From Leucoraja ocellata (taxonomy: Eukaryota), in contig JAWMAR010000026.1 of assembly GCA_036785375.1 (NCBI GenBank), forward strand, positions 8,370,001 through 8,434,000: 64,000 nt of DNA. Reading direction: 5' to 3'. The first letter of the stretch is position 1. Each line of letters starts with the position of its first letter. The notes under the pieces were generated by a model. It ran no database searches, was not told the DNA's origin, and saw only the letters and a program-made list of their open reading frames with translations. The position numbers and the translations under genes are program-made. This document shows, one piece after another, positions 38,423 to 50,970 of the stretch.

Positions 38423-40307
38423 GGGCCTGTCCCACTTGGGGATTTTTTAGGCGATTGTCATAGTCATAGCAGGTCACCAAGAAACCAGCGACTAAACCCC
38501 CTCCACCCCCAAAACAATGTCTACGACAAGCTACAACAACCTACCACCTAGCTACCGCCAACCACAATCTCCGCGACTAGGACATCCACCCACGACAACC
38601 TTCAACGACACCTACGACAACACAGACAAAGTCAACAAGCTACAACAAGCTAAGATCCTGTCGGCGACAAATGAAGCCTTTAAAACAATGGAATCTCAGT
38701 TTTCCTATAATTTACAATGCAGTACAATGCTTGTGTTTGTGTTATTGATGAAAATATATGAAAAGAGTCTGCTTTTCAATGCAGTGCAATGCTTGTGTTT
38801 GTTTTATTGGTCAAAATATATGAAATTTATATATTCGAAAGTAATTCCATGAGACACTAATCTGAAATATAATATCTTCATACACCAATTTGCTGTCAAA
38901 ATGTCAAGCATTTCTTTTATTGATATTGAAACAAACAAAAGTTTTTACAACAAAAAAAGTTGATTAAAAAAAGTCCATATAAAAATATTATAATCACATT
39001 AAAATTGAAATTATCTATAATAAATCTAGGAAGAATAAATTTAACAACAAAGAAAGTTTGATTTATTATTAGATTATAAAAACTGTGCATATAAAGATAT
39101 TATAATCACATAAAATTGTACTCCCATACCCCAAAAAGTGTTCTTGTGTTTCAATAAACTTCAACATTTTAATTTAAACTTCAAACGTAATACAAGTACA
39201 AAATCATACAGGACTTCACATAATTTATGGACACATTACACTTATGTGTGATCTGTGTCAATTAATCCTGTAGAATCCAGACTCAAGTGCCCACTTGCGT
39301 CCTGGGTCTCTGTTGTGGGGGTACCCCCTGTTGTCACTGGTGCTGATCTGGGCATATCAAGGCTGGGGTAGTCTGTGAATGCAGATGGGAGTGCAGAGCA
39401 GCCACTAGATTTTGCAGGCTGCCAGCAAGTGTATGTGGAAGTAGTGGCTACCTGCTATGCTTTGGAACAGGGTGACCTTGCCGTTGGTAAGGTGGCCATC
39501 GGTGAGCATAACATCACTGGTGGTGGCATCTGTGGTGGTCCCATCAGTGACTATGGCTGCAACACAGAAACATATCAATATTAAGTGGAAGGTAAATAAA
39601 TGAAAACTTTTCACAAGCTGTGTGTGACAAAGAATTTCAAGTCCAATTCACAAAAAGTATTATGAAATTAGATACCTGGTATGCCTGCTGATATGGTGGT
39701 CCCATAAGTGGCATCTATTGAAGTGGTCCCATCTGTTGCTGTCCTATGTGTCCCATCAGCTGCAGAGTCTGCAACACACATTAATTCATTGTGAATATTT
39801 CAATCAAAAACATTAATTTAAAGGTAAAATATTAAAGTCCAATGTTCCTTAAATTCCACAAAAATTGCTTAATATATTTAACGGCTGGGAGAAGTTATAG
39901 ACCATCGTCATGGCAGCCATGGTGAAGTTGGACCACAATAGTACCTTCAGCAGCTCACTATTCAAGAATGCCAGGAAGTTGGCAACAGCCCTCTCATGTG
40001 GTGTCTGGGGCTGTGGGTTTTTCCAATGTGCCAATGAAAATTACCGGTCAGCACCATCGGGAACATACATCACTGGCGACAACCTACAATAGAACCTACA
40101 TCATGAGAATTCAAGTTACGCTCATATGGGTCAAACACACTGTCGCCGAATATTTCTCAACAGGTTGAAAAATTTGCAGCGACCAGAAAGACGCTACGAC
40201 TCTTTGCGCGACTGAGGAGACTACTCAGGACCATACAGGCAACACCCATGTGGCGACAGCCAAGTCGCCTGCAGTTGCCTAAAAAATCGCCGAAGTGGGA
40301 CAGCCCC
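38423..40307. mobile_element. Non-autonomous PIF/Harbinger-type DNA transposon (1885 bp)
   Basis: TIRs GGGCCTGTCCCACTT..GATTTTTTAGGC and (reverse complement) GGGGCTGTCCCACTT..GATTTTTTAGGC; 3-bp TSD AAT on both sides; no transposase ORF. Confidence 0.8.
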
Positions 40308-41859
40308 AATAGTTACATTGTGCTATTGGTGGAGGGAATGCTTGGCTAGGGCAGTGGCTGGGGCACCAATCAGATGGGCTGCTTTGACATGGATGGTGTT
40401 GATGTCTTTCACTGTTACATCCACCTGAGAAACTACCTGGGGAGGGGGTGGTTTGGGTGGGAAGTGATGACCGAGCCAAAGAATTGCGGAGGGAGCTGTC
40501 TCTGCTGAAGGCGGAAATGGGTGGAGATGGGAAGATACTGTTCCAGTATTGGGTGCTTATCTATTCATTAGATAGTCAGCCCCACTTCAAAAAAACTCAT
40601 AAAATGTGAAAAGATAAAAGAACTGCGGTTCCCAGAGTTATGGAGTCAGACAGCACAGAATGAGTATAGATATGGTGAGTGGAATGCCCTGTTTCTGTAC
40701 TGAATGGGTATGATTATATGAACAGATACATTTTATCCTTCTGTTCATCCAGAATCCTTCTCTTACCCTCACTGATAATTTAGAATTCTGATACTGACCC
40801 CCCTCAGTTTTAACCAGTAGTTCAAAGGGCAAATTTGTTAGTGAAATGTCAGAAATATATCTCTTTTCCCTCCCTGCTCTCTTCTCTGCCCCAGACCAAC
40901 AACAATATTCGCTCACAGTTTGGTACAAGAGTTTATGTGAAATGTTAACCTCCTGTTTTCTTTGTAAAGATCACAACACATTTCCTGAACTGCTGTTTCC
41001 TGTCTATCATCATTTGTTCATTGTTTTCTGATAGTTGGCTCCTTTCTCTTAATTTCCAATTAATTATTTCACCTTTGCAATTGTTCTTTTTTTTCTAACT
41101 TGGATATTTTTCCTACTTGCTATTGCTGCATTCCAAGAGCTGCTGTCTGCTCTCTAACTGTTCTTGCAACCCTCGCCTCAATTGTTGTGTGAACTCTCCT
41201 GAATCTAGATTGCACATTTCGTGCAGTTCATCATTTTAGGAAGCAGATGCTTATTTTGCCCTATGTGCTCACCCAAGCGAATTAAACTTTCCTTCACCAG
41301 ATTGGAAATTCTAGCAACATCAGCGACTGAAAACTGAACAGATATTATAGGTAATCTCACAGATATATGTTGACTGTGACAGCAGCACATTGACCTCATA
41401 AACAAAAGGAACACACTAAGTGCTGGAGTAAACCATCGGGTCAGCAGCATCTCTGGACTACTCGGATAGGTAATGTTTCAGATCGGGATGTTTCTTCAGA
41501 CTATTTTGGGTCCCGACCCAAAATGTCACCCATCAATGTTCTCCAGAGATGTTGCCTGACCCGCTGTGTTAGTCTGGTACTTTGTACCTTTTTTTGGAAA
41601 CCAGCGTCTGGGGTTCCTTGTTTCTACAAACCTCACAGAGGTTTGTTTTAAAAGCAAGTCATTTTTAAAGAATGGAACAAATATTTATAATGAATCTCAG
41701 GAATGGTCACAAGATGTTGAAACAAAGATCATAGATTTTGTGATGATTAATTGTCAGTATATATGGATAAACCAGCCCTTTTGAAGAAGCTGACATATTT
41801 TCAACCACCAGGAGGCAGCAGAAACCACCGACCAGCAATCCCCGCACGCCAACACTACG

Positions 41860-42082
41860 CTACACACATGAGGACAATGTAGGTTACATTTATAACAAAG
41901 CCAATTAACCTACAAACCTATATGTCTTTGGAGTGTGGGAAGAAAGCGAAGATCTTGGAGAAACCCCACGCAGTCACGGCTAGAATATACAAACTCCATA
42001 CAGACAGCACCCATAGTCAGAATCAAACCCGGGTCTCTGGCGCTGTAAGGCAGCAACTCTACTGCTGTGCCACCATGTCGCC
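41860..42082 (-). mobile_element. tRNA-derived SINE (HE1-like)
   Basis: Minus strand ggTGGCACAGCAGtagagttgctgccttacagcgccagagacccGGGTTTGATTC. Confidence 0.85.
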
Positions 42083-42461
42083 ACTGTGTTCTCCAGAGAT
42101 GCTGCCTGTCCAGTTGCGTTACTCCAGCACTTTGTATCTTTTTTTGAAAATCAGCATTTCCAGTCCTTTGTGCCCAGATAGGTGTTCTGAATGCACACAG
42201 CTCCACCTTGCAAACTCACATACTCTGTCCTCATATTAGTTGCTTGTTATTTGTTCATGGATGAGCTCCATTTTTCCATTAGTTCAAAAGTTCAATAGTT
42301 ATTTTATTGTCATGTATACCTAGATTCCATGAAATGTTCTATTTTGCATATGATCGAGTGAAATAATACTAGACCTAACTAAATCATACACAATTGATAG
42401 AGCGTAACAATTGTAGTGTAAAAAAATTGAAGGAGATTAGAGATTGTGGATTCTGCAATAT

Positions 42462-43346
42462 AGGGAGGTTTCACGGCAGTCGGGTGACGACCCATGACCC
42501 GTACTGTTGCTAGGCTACTCCAAATGGATTGCATGCGATGTACTGCAGGTAAGCATTTACATTGTTTCCAGCGTAGCGGGCCCGTTAAAACCCGCCGAAA
42601 ATGTCAATTTTTGCGCTGCAAATAATTATGGAAATCGGGATAAGCGTGTGAGACATTTATTCTACTTTAGAATTCCAAAAGTGAGGAAAAATGACAGTAT
42701 ATACAAGAGCTGAAGGGACAACAACAGCCAGAGTGCTTAGCGAACATTGGCCGTTTGCTCACTGCATTTCATCAACTAAGGCATTATTTGTGTTTTTCCT
42801 TGATTTCTTTGGCATCTAAAAGTGATCAATCTGGCTGTAATTTTTTTAAATCGCCCATAGTTCTCAAGTGGGTTTTTACATACAAAATAAAAACGCATCT
42901 GAAGAAACATTTACAGCCAGATTGATCACTTCTGAGACTTTTTAGATACCAAAGGAATCAAGAAAACACACAAATAATGCCTTACTGTTGATGAAATGCA
43001 GTGAGCAAACGTGATAATTCCCAATATTTTCAATTCCGATATCTGCACGGCCAATGTTCGCCAAGCACTTTAGCTGCTGTAGTTCCTTCAGCTCTCGCTT
43101 CTCTTTACCTTCATTTTGCTTCACGTTTGGAATTCTAAAGTTGGGTACATGTCTCTCACACTTACCCCAACTTCCACAATTTTTTTCAGCATATAAATTC
43201 AACATTTTGGCGGTTTTTAACAGGTAGGAAAGTACGCGTTTCTAGCATTAATAACATATACCGGAAGTGACGGATGTCCTCCAGCTGGATTGAGCGGCTC
43301 CGTGCGTCAAGCCCTATGACCCAGTGACCTTACGTGCAAACCACCT
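42462..43346. mobile_element. Non-autonomous fold-back DNA transposon with two inverted THAP-domain remnants (ISL2EU-like)
   Basis: Imperfect TIRs AGGGAGGTTTCACG / AGGTGGTTTGCACG and 2-bp AT TSD. THAP remnants NFCAANNYGNR...FRIPKV (plus) and FRIPNV...CLANIGR...VCSLHFI (minus). Confidence 0.72.
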
Positions 43347-43926
43347 ATATTGTCTTTATATTTCCCACAGCAACAATTTGCTGGCAGCGTTTGACTGCAT
43401 CCTCTGCATGGAGACTCTCCGAGATGACTGTCGCATGAGCATGAAGGAAATACAAACAGAAATGCTGAAAATAATTCCAGAGTTTTCAGTTGTTATTTTA
43501 ACTTTCTTGTTAATGTAGATGTTCCACGGTAAAATATAATTGTTTTCCCTGGATTCTCAGAACATGAAAGGAAGCATCAGATGGTGTGTTTGGAAGCTGG
43601 TTCTACCCTCCCATAACTATTGACAAGCCCGCAGTCAGCTTGCACTGCTCAGTAAATTCACAGATTAACTAATGCCTGCACTTTACATAAAACATAGTTC
43701 AGCACCGGAACAGTACATTCAGCCTACAATGTCTGCACAGCCAATGATACCAATTCAAACTAATCCCATCTGCCTGTACATGGTCATATCACTCCAATTT
43801 GTGCCTGTTCATATGCTTGTCTTGGCTAATGCTGGAGGTGTGGCTGCTGGACATTTGAATTACAAGAGGTTGAATGGTATGGGGAGACACTAAGGCAGCT
43901 GTTTTGAGACCAAGATTGATTCAGCC

Positions 43927-43927
<1 letters not shown>

Positions 43928-44013
<86 letters not shown>
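43928..44013. repeat. (TCTG)n microsatellite, about 21 units
   Basis: Direct observation. Confidence 0.95.
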
Positions 44014-44017
<4 letters not shown>

Positions 44018-45119
44018 GTACATAATATATCTATACATACTGTAACTAAAACTCTGATCTTGTGCTCTTCCAGTTTGCGCGTTTTTCCTATTTGCGCAAA
44101 AACGGTATGCTATAGCGCTACGAATTTTCACCACCTTACTCACCGTTCTCCTGTGTTGCGTGTGCAACAGGTTTCGTTTCGATCAGTGGTTTATTGTAAA
44201 AGTTAACGAGGTTTAAAATCTTAAAATTAGTCTCTTCACCTGTCACTCTCCGGGACGGTCCGCCCCATCCTGCGCCATTAAATCTTTACTGGAGCTGAGG
44301 GGCGCTGTGGGTGGCCAGCGGAAGTCTCAAACCACACATCATTTTTGGAGGGACCGGAAGCGGCCAGGCCTGGCCCGGGAGACGTCGCCAAACGGAAAGC
44401 GGAGAATCTGATCCCGGTGCAGGATAGCATCCAGTGCCTGCTATCAGTCCCAACCGCACCGCCATCATAACGCCATGCAGCTCCAGCCCCTTCCCCTCGG
44501 GTCCCCCTCGCTGGCTCCTGTCCCCCTTCCCCATGATACTCCCTCTACCCCATGGCTCTTTCCCCGTCTTTTCTCCGAGCTCTCCACCCTCCCCTTCCTC
44601 CCCCCACACGCCAGCGTGGCCGTAGCTGCTGGCGCTTCCGGGACAAGCCGAGGGTCCACGCCAACGGCTGATGCTCCTCCGGGGCACGCAAGAAGGGAGA
44701 GGAGCGGCAACCTCGAGATCCTGGGGAGGGAGAGTGGGGGAGGAGAGGGGATAGAGGGAGAGAAGGGAAGTAGGGATGGGGAGGAGTTATGGAGGGAGGG
44801 AGGGAGGGAGTGTCTAAGGGTAGGGGAAAGGAGAGGTGAGGGAGGAATTGGGGAGGGTATGAGGAGAAGGAAAAGAAGAGGGAGGAGGTGAGGAGGGAGA
44901 GAATGGGGAGTAGAGAAGGCGGGGTGGGGGAGGTAGGGAGGGGGGGAATAGACAATAGGTGCAGGAGTAGGCCATTCAGTCCTTCAAGCCAGAACTACCA
45001 TTCAATATGATATTGGCTGATCATTCACAATCAGTACCCCGTTCCTGCCTTCTCCCCATATCCCCAGACTCCGCTATTTTTAAGAGCCCTATCTAGCTCT
45101 CTCTTGAAAGTATCCAGAG

Positions 45120-46102
45120 CAAAATTTAAATTGAATAACAACCAATAATTTAAATATCTACAGGTATGTGATTTTATGAAGAAATATATACCAAGATTTC
45201 AAGGTATAATTTTAGATCCACTGGGAGAAGCAATGAATATCAAGGCGGTCAAAAAAAAATAATATCATACCTATATAACAGTATTTTAAACATATAATTA
45301 CCATCAACAGAGGCAATTAGTGAAGACTGGGAAAAATAATTGATGACAAAAATCTCAAAAGAAACATGGGAAAAGTATTTGATATATATACATAAATGTT
45401 CGATCAATGCTAGACACAATTTAATTCAATTTAAAATATTATATAGATTATATTATTCAAAAACTAGGTTGAATAAATGTTATCCAAATATTTCTCCCAT
45501 CTGTGATAAATGTCTTTCTCAAAATGACAATATTACACACTCATTTTTCTTGTACAAAACTTTATAAATTTTGGTGTAACATATTTGATATATTCTCAAA
45601 GCTATTTAAGATTTTTAAAAATGGAACCTAATACTGAAATGATTATATTTGGAGTAAGTGGAGATGGGAACAAATTAAATATACACCAAAACTCATTCTT
45701 CAATTATGGGTTAATAATAGCAAAAAAACTCATACTTAAATTTCTTGAAAAATGCTAATATACCAACATTTAAAATCGTGAAAATTAAAAGTTTCATGTA
45801 TGGGTGAAAGACGATGTAGAACATAAAAAATCATCTCCTTGTGGCGATTGAATAAACTCCCTCCTGCTTTCCCTCTTCACTTATTTATTTTCTTCACTTT
45901 TTTCTCTATCTGCCTTTCACTCACGCTCACTAGCCTATCCTTTACTTTCTACAACCTCTTTTTCCTTTTTCTCTTCTTACTTTTCTCTTTAAAAAAAAAG
46001 GAAGTCGTACAGAGAATATAATATGTTAACATAATTTTGGGTACTTGTAAAAAGGTACCACTGTATTGTACTTACTTCTAATAAATAAAATTATTTAAAA
46101 AA
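45120..46102 (+). mobile_element. AT-rich L1 3' fragment with 14-bp TSD
   Basis: LIQFKILYRLYYSK...CDKC; AATAAA and A-rich tail; TSD GAAAG(T/C)ATCCAGAG at 45106-45119 and 46103-46116. Confidence 0.88.
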
Positions 46103-47791
46103 GAAAGCATCCAGAGAACCGGCCTCCACCAATCTCTGAGGCAAAACTCACAACTCTGTGAGAAAAAGTGTTTCCTCATCTCTGTTCTAAATGGCTTACC
46201 CCTTATTCTTAAACTGTGTCCCCTGGTTCTGGACTCCCCCTACATCGGGAACATGTTTCCTGCCTCTAGCGTGTCCAAACCCTTAACAATCTTCTATGTT
46301 TCAATAAGATACCCTCTCATCCTTCTAAACTCCAGAGTGTACAAGCCCAGCCGCTCCATTCTCTTAGCATATGACAGTCCCGCCATCCCGGGAAACCTAC
46401 GCTGCACTCCCTCAATAGCAAGAATGTCCTTCCTCAAAGTACAGGACACAAACTGCACACAATACTCCAGGTGTGGTCTCACTAGGGCCCTGTACAACTG
46501 CAGAAGGACCTCTTTGCTCCTATACTCGACTCTTGTTATAAAGGCCAACATGCCATTCGCTTTCTTCACTGCCTGTTGTACACTGCCTGTTGTACCTACA
46601 TGCTTACTTTCATAGACTGATGAACAAGGACCCCCAGATCCCATTGCACTTCCCCTTTTCCCAACTTGACACTATTTGGATAGTAATCTGCCTTCCTGTT
46701 TTTGATACCAAAGTGGATAACCTCACATTTATCCACATTAAACTTCATATCCCCCAACCTGTCGAAGTCACCCTGCATTCTCATAGCATCCTCCTCACAG
46801 TTCACACTGCCACCCAGCTTTGTGTCATCTTCAAATTCGCTAATGTTACTTTGAATCCCTTCATCCAAATCATTGATGTATATTGTAAATAGCTGCGGTC
46901 CCAGCACCGAGCCTTGCGGTATCCACTAGTCACTGGCTGCCATTCTGAAAGGGACCCGTTAATCCCTACTCTTTGTTTCCTGTCTGCCAACCAATTATCT
47001 ATCCATGTCAGCACTCTACCCCCAATACCATGTGCCCTAATTTTGCCCACTAATCTCCTATGTGGGACCTTATCAAATGCTTTCTGAAAGTCCAGGTACA
47101 CTACATCCACTGGCTCTCCCTTGTCCATTTTCCAAGTTACATCCTCAAAAAATTCCAGAAGATTAGTCAAGCATGATTTCCCCTTGGTAAATCCAAGCTG
47201 ACTCAGACCGATTCTGTTACTGCTATCCAAATGTGCGGCTATTTCATCTTTTATAATTGACTCCAGCATCTTCCCCACCACTGATGTCAGGCTAACTGGT
47301 CTATAATTCCCTGTTTTCTCTCTCCCGCCTTTCTTAAAAAGTGGGATAACATTAGTTACCTTCCAATCCACAGGAACTGATCCTCAGTCGATAGAACATT
47401 GGAAAATTATCACCAATGCATCCTCGATTTCTAGACCCACTTCCTTAAGTACCCTGGGATGCAGACCATCAGGCCTGGGGATTTATCAGCCTTCAGTCCC
47501 ATCAGTCTACCCAACACCATTTCCTTCAGTTCCTCCCTCACCCCAGATCCTCTGGGCACTACTATTTCAGGAAGATTGTTTGTGTCCTACTTAGTGAAGA
47601 CAGATCCAAAGTACCTGTTCAACTCATCTGGTCTTCAAGGGTCCATCTTTGGTCTTATCTATTTTTTTCCTCTTCACATACCTAAAGAAGCTTTTACTAT
47701 CCTCCTTTATATTCTTGGCTAGCTTACCTTCGTACCTCATCATTTATCCCCATATTGTCATTTTAGTTATCTTCTGTTGCTCTTTAAACAT

Positions 47792-48142
47792 TACCATATA
47801 ACATATAACCATATAACAATTTACAGCACGGAAACAGGCCATCTCAACCCTTCTAGTCCGTGCCGAACACATAATCTCCCCTAGTCCCATATACCTGCGC
47901 TCAGACCATAACCCTCCATTCCCTTCCCATCCATATAACTATCCAATTTATTTTTAAATGATAAAAACGAACCTGCCTCCACCACCTTCACTGGAAGCTC
48001 ATTCCACACAGCTACCACTCTCTGAGTAAAGAAGTTCCCCCTCATGTTACCCCTAAACTTCAGTCCCTTAATTCTCATGTCATGTCCCCTTGTTTGAATC
48101 TTCCCTACACTCAGTGGGAAAAGCTTTTCCACGTCAACTCTG
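47792..48142 (-). mobile_element. CR1 3' end of a second subfamily, nested in CR1
   Basis: ORF 47881-48153; gttatatg tail. Same subfamily as 60577-61571. Confidence 0.88.
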
Positions 48143-49449
48143 TAAAGACCCAATCATTTTGTTTCCCGCTCATCTATGCTACATTGTACTTCTTCCCTTT
48201 TATTTTTATACTATCCCTGATGTCCCTTGTCAGCCACGGTCACCCCTTACTCCCTTTGGAATCTTTCTTTCTCCTAGGAATGAACTGATCCTGCACCTTC
48301 TGTATTATTCCAAGAAATACCTGCCATTGTTGTTCCACTGTCATCCCTGCTAGGTTATCTTTCCAGTCAACTTTGGCCAGCTCCTCCTCATGACCCCATA
48401 GTCCCCTTTATTCAACTGTAACACTGACACCTCCGATCTACCCTTCTCCCTCTCCAATTGTAGATTAAACCTGACCATATTATGGTCACTGCCTCCTAAT
48501 GGCTCGTTAACCTCAAGTTCCTTTATCTAATCCGGTTCATTGCATATCACTAAATCCAGAATTGCCTTCTCCCTGGTAGACTGCAATACAAGCTGCTCTA
48601 TGGATCCATCACAAAGGCACTCAACAAAGTCCCTTTCTTGGGGTCCAGTACCAACCTGATTTTTTTCAGTCTATCTGCATGTTGAAATCTCCCATAACAG
48701 CACATCATTACTTTTGCTATATGCCTATTTTAACTCCTGATTCAACTTGCACCCAATGTCCAGTCTACTGTTTGGGGGTCTGTAGATGTTCCATTAGGGT
48801 ATTTTTACCCTTACAATTCCTTAGTTCTATCCATACTGACTCCACTTCTCCTGTTCCAATGTCACCCATTGCAACGGACTGAATTTCATTCCTCACCAAC
48901 AGAGCTACCCCACCCCCTCTGCCCACCTGTCTGTCTTTTCGATAGGAGGTGCACCCTTCAGTTCCCAGCCCTGGCCCTCTTGCAGCCATGTCTCTGTAAT
49001 TCCCACAACATCATACTTGCCCATTTCTAACTGAATAGAGGGAGGGGAGGGCAGTGGGGGGCGTGAGGAGGGATAGTGGGGGGATAGGGCATGTGAGGAG
49101 TGGGGGATAGAGGGACATGAGGGGGGTAGGGAGGGGATAGGGGTTATGGAAGGAGGGAGTGACTGAGGGTGGGGAAAAGAGAGTGAGAGAGAGGTGAGGG
49201 AGGGATTGTTGGAGGGTAGGAGGAGAGGGTAAAGAAGAGGGAGGGGAGAGAGTGCTAGGGATGAGGGGAAATGAGCTGCGCCTGTGCAGTTGGGGGCTAT
49301 GGGTGAGTGGTGGAATAATATGCTGGGGGACCAAGTCTCCTGTGTGAAAGGGACCCGTTGGGACCCACTTAGTCTAGTTTTATTTAAAGGCAGACCTGGT
49401 TCAAGGAGTGAATTGGTCTTTGCCTCCTGTTTCTTATGTTATGTTGCCA

Positions 49450-49830
49450 AGATTTGAGGACCTGAGCTTTAAGAAGGTATAAGGAGAGGTTGGGAAGGGT
49501 AGTTTTGGAATCATAGGAGCATAGGAGAATGAAATGTGTATGAGATCATGAAGGGAACAGGATAGATGCACATAGTCTTTTACTCAGAGCAGTGGAATCG
49601 GACAGGCGACTTTTTCACTGAGAGCGGTGGATATATAGAATGAGCTGCGGAGGAGGTAGTTGAATCAGAAAATATAACACCATTTAAGAGACTTTTGGAT
49701 AAGCACATGGATTGGATTGGTTAGGAGGGATATGGGCTAAAGATAGGTGGGACTAGTGCAGGTAGGGTACATTGGTTGGCAGGGACAAACTGGGTCAAAG
49801 GACCGCTTTCCATCCTGTATGACTATGACG
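49450..49830 (+). mobile_element. CR1 3' fragment, degenerate
   Basis: Similar to the 3' end of the 27480-28352 copy; ctatga tail. Confidence 0.65.
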
Positions 49831-50509
49831 CTATAAATTCCTGGGACACAATCTCCCTTGTACAAAACCAACCTTTAATCAACCCATCTCTCTCAATGCA
49901 TGTATATCTTATCTCGCAGAATCCTCTCCTGCAAATTTCCTGCCAAGGAATGTTACACTTAACCCATCTGTAGCTGAACAATTCATTAAAAAGGATCGGG
50001 AATATTTACAAGTAAAAAATCCTGTATGAATGAAGCAGAAGATCACCGAGGATTGAGTGGAAGCCAACACTCACATCGGAGGTTCTGCAATGTGTGCTCT
50101 TGTATGTGTGTATTTTTGTCTGTGTTGGGAAAGACGGGAACTTGAACTATAAAAGTGCTCTGCTGGTCTACTCCAAAGTGGAGATATGCTACAAAAAGAT
50201 AGGAATTTCATGTCACAACCACTCTCACCTTGCAAGCTTAAGCATCATTCCAGGTTGTTGCTCTTGATCTCTGCCGCTGCTCATAATGTGGTACTCACTG
50301 CTGCATAACCTCAGGCTCATTGAAAGGAGACAATAGGCTTCCCCATCAGCCCCCAGAGGCAGGGAAATTGACGTGCCTGCATCGCAGGCATCCTAAAGGC
50401 AACATTCAGAGTTAACAATTTTGCTCTCACTGAAACCTTCCTGAGAGCATCCCGCTGTGGGCGACACCACCACAGTGGGCCACATATCAAATAATGACAT
50501 ATAATTACA

Positions 50510-50835
50510 ATAAAAAAGAGATAGTGATCAACCACAGGAAGCAAAGTAGTATACATTGATGGCACCAAAGTAGAGATGGTTGAAACTTCAGGTTTCTAGG
50601 AGTAAATATCATTAGCAACTTGGCCTGGACTAGCCATATCAAAGTCATGGGCAAGAAAGCACACTGACCCCTCTACTTCCTCAAAAGGTTTAGGAAGTTC
50701 AGCACATCCTCAACAATTCTCACCAACCTCAACAGATGTGCTGTAGAAAGCATATTATCGGGGTGCATTACAGCATTGTTTGGGAACAGCTCCTCTAAGC
50801 TCCTCCAAAAAATTGCAAAGATATATAGATGCAGC
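50510..50835 (+). mobile_element. Rex1/Babar LINE internal fragment
   Basis: Similar to 9450-9600 and 10105-10270. Confidence 0.7.
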
Positions 50836-50970
50836 CATTTGGCCTATCTAGTCGGGACTGGACTATTGCCCCTCTAAAATGTATCTTTCCCCCTCCTTTG
50901 CTTGTCCTCGATATAAGATATCCCCTCGATTTCCCCCATCCTACTTCGCATCTTGAATTGGTCGATTCTA

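Larger units (their letters stand above)
44953..49032 (-). mobile_element. CR1 LINE (endonuclease remnant to 3' tail), itself interrupted by L1 and CR1 fragments
   Basis: ORFs 48765-48989 (RKDRQVGRGGGVALLV), 46802-47371 (RT) and 46294-46907. Candidate TSD GAATAGA at 44946-44952 and 49033-49039. Confidence 0.9.
44030..49377 (+). mobile_element. Non-autonomous Helitron-like element split by a CR1 insertion
   Basis: A|TC 5' end (TCTATACATACTGTAACTAAAAC); subterminal near-palindrome GGGACCC-GTT-GGGACCC (49350-49366); CTAG|T 3' end. The purine-rich interior continues on both sides of the CR1. Confidence 0.62.

Noticed and set aside
43874-44955. ORFs of 110-138 aa (LSVC repeats, G/P/E-rich)
   Set aside because: They arise from the (TCTG)n microsatellite and low-complexity Helitron interior.
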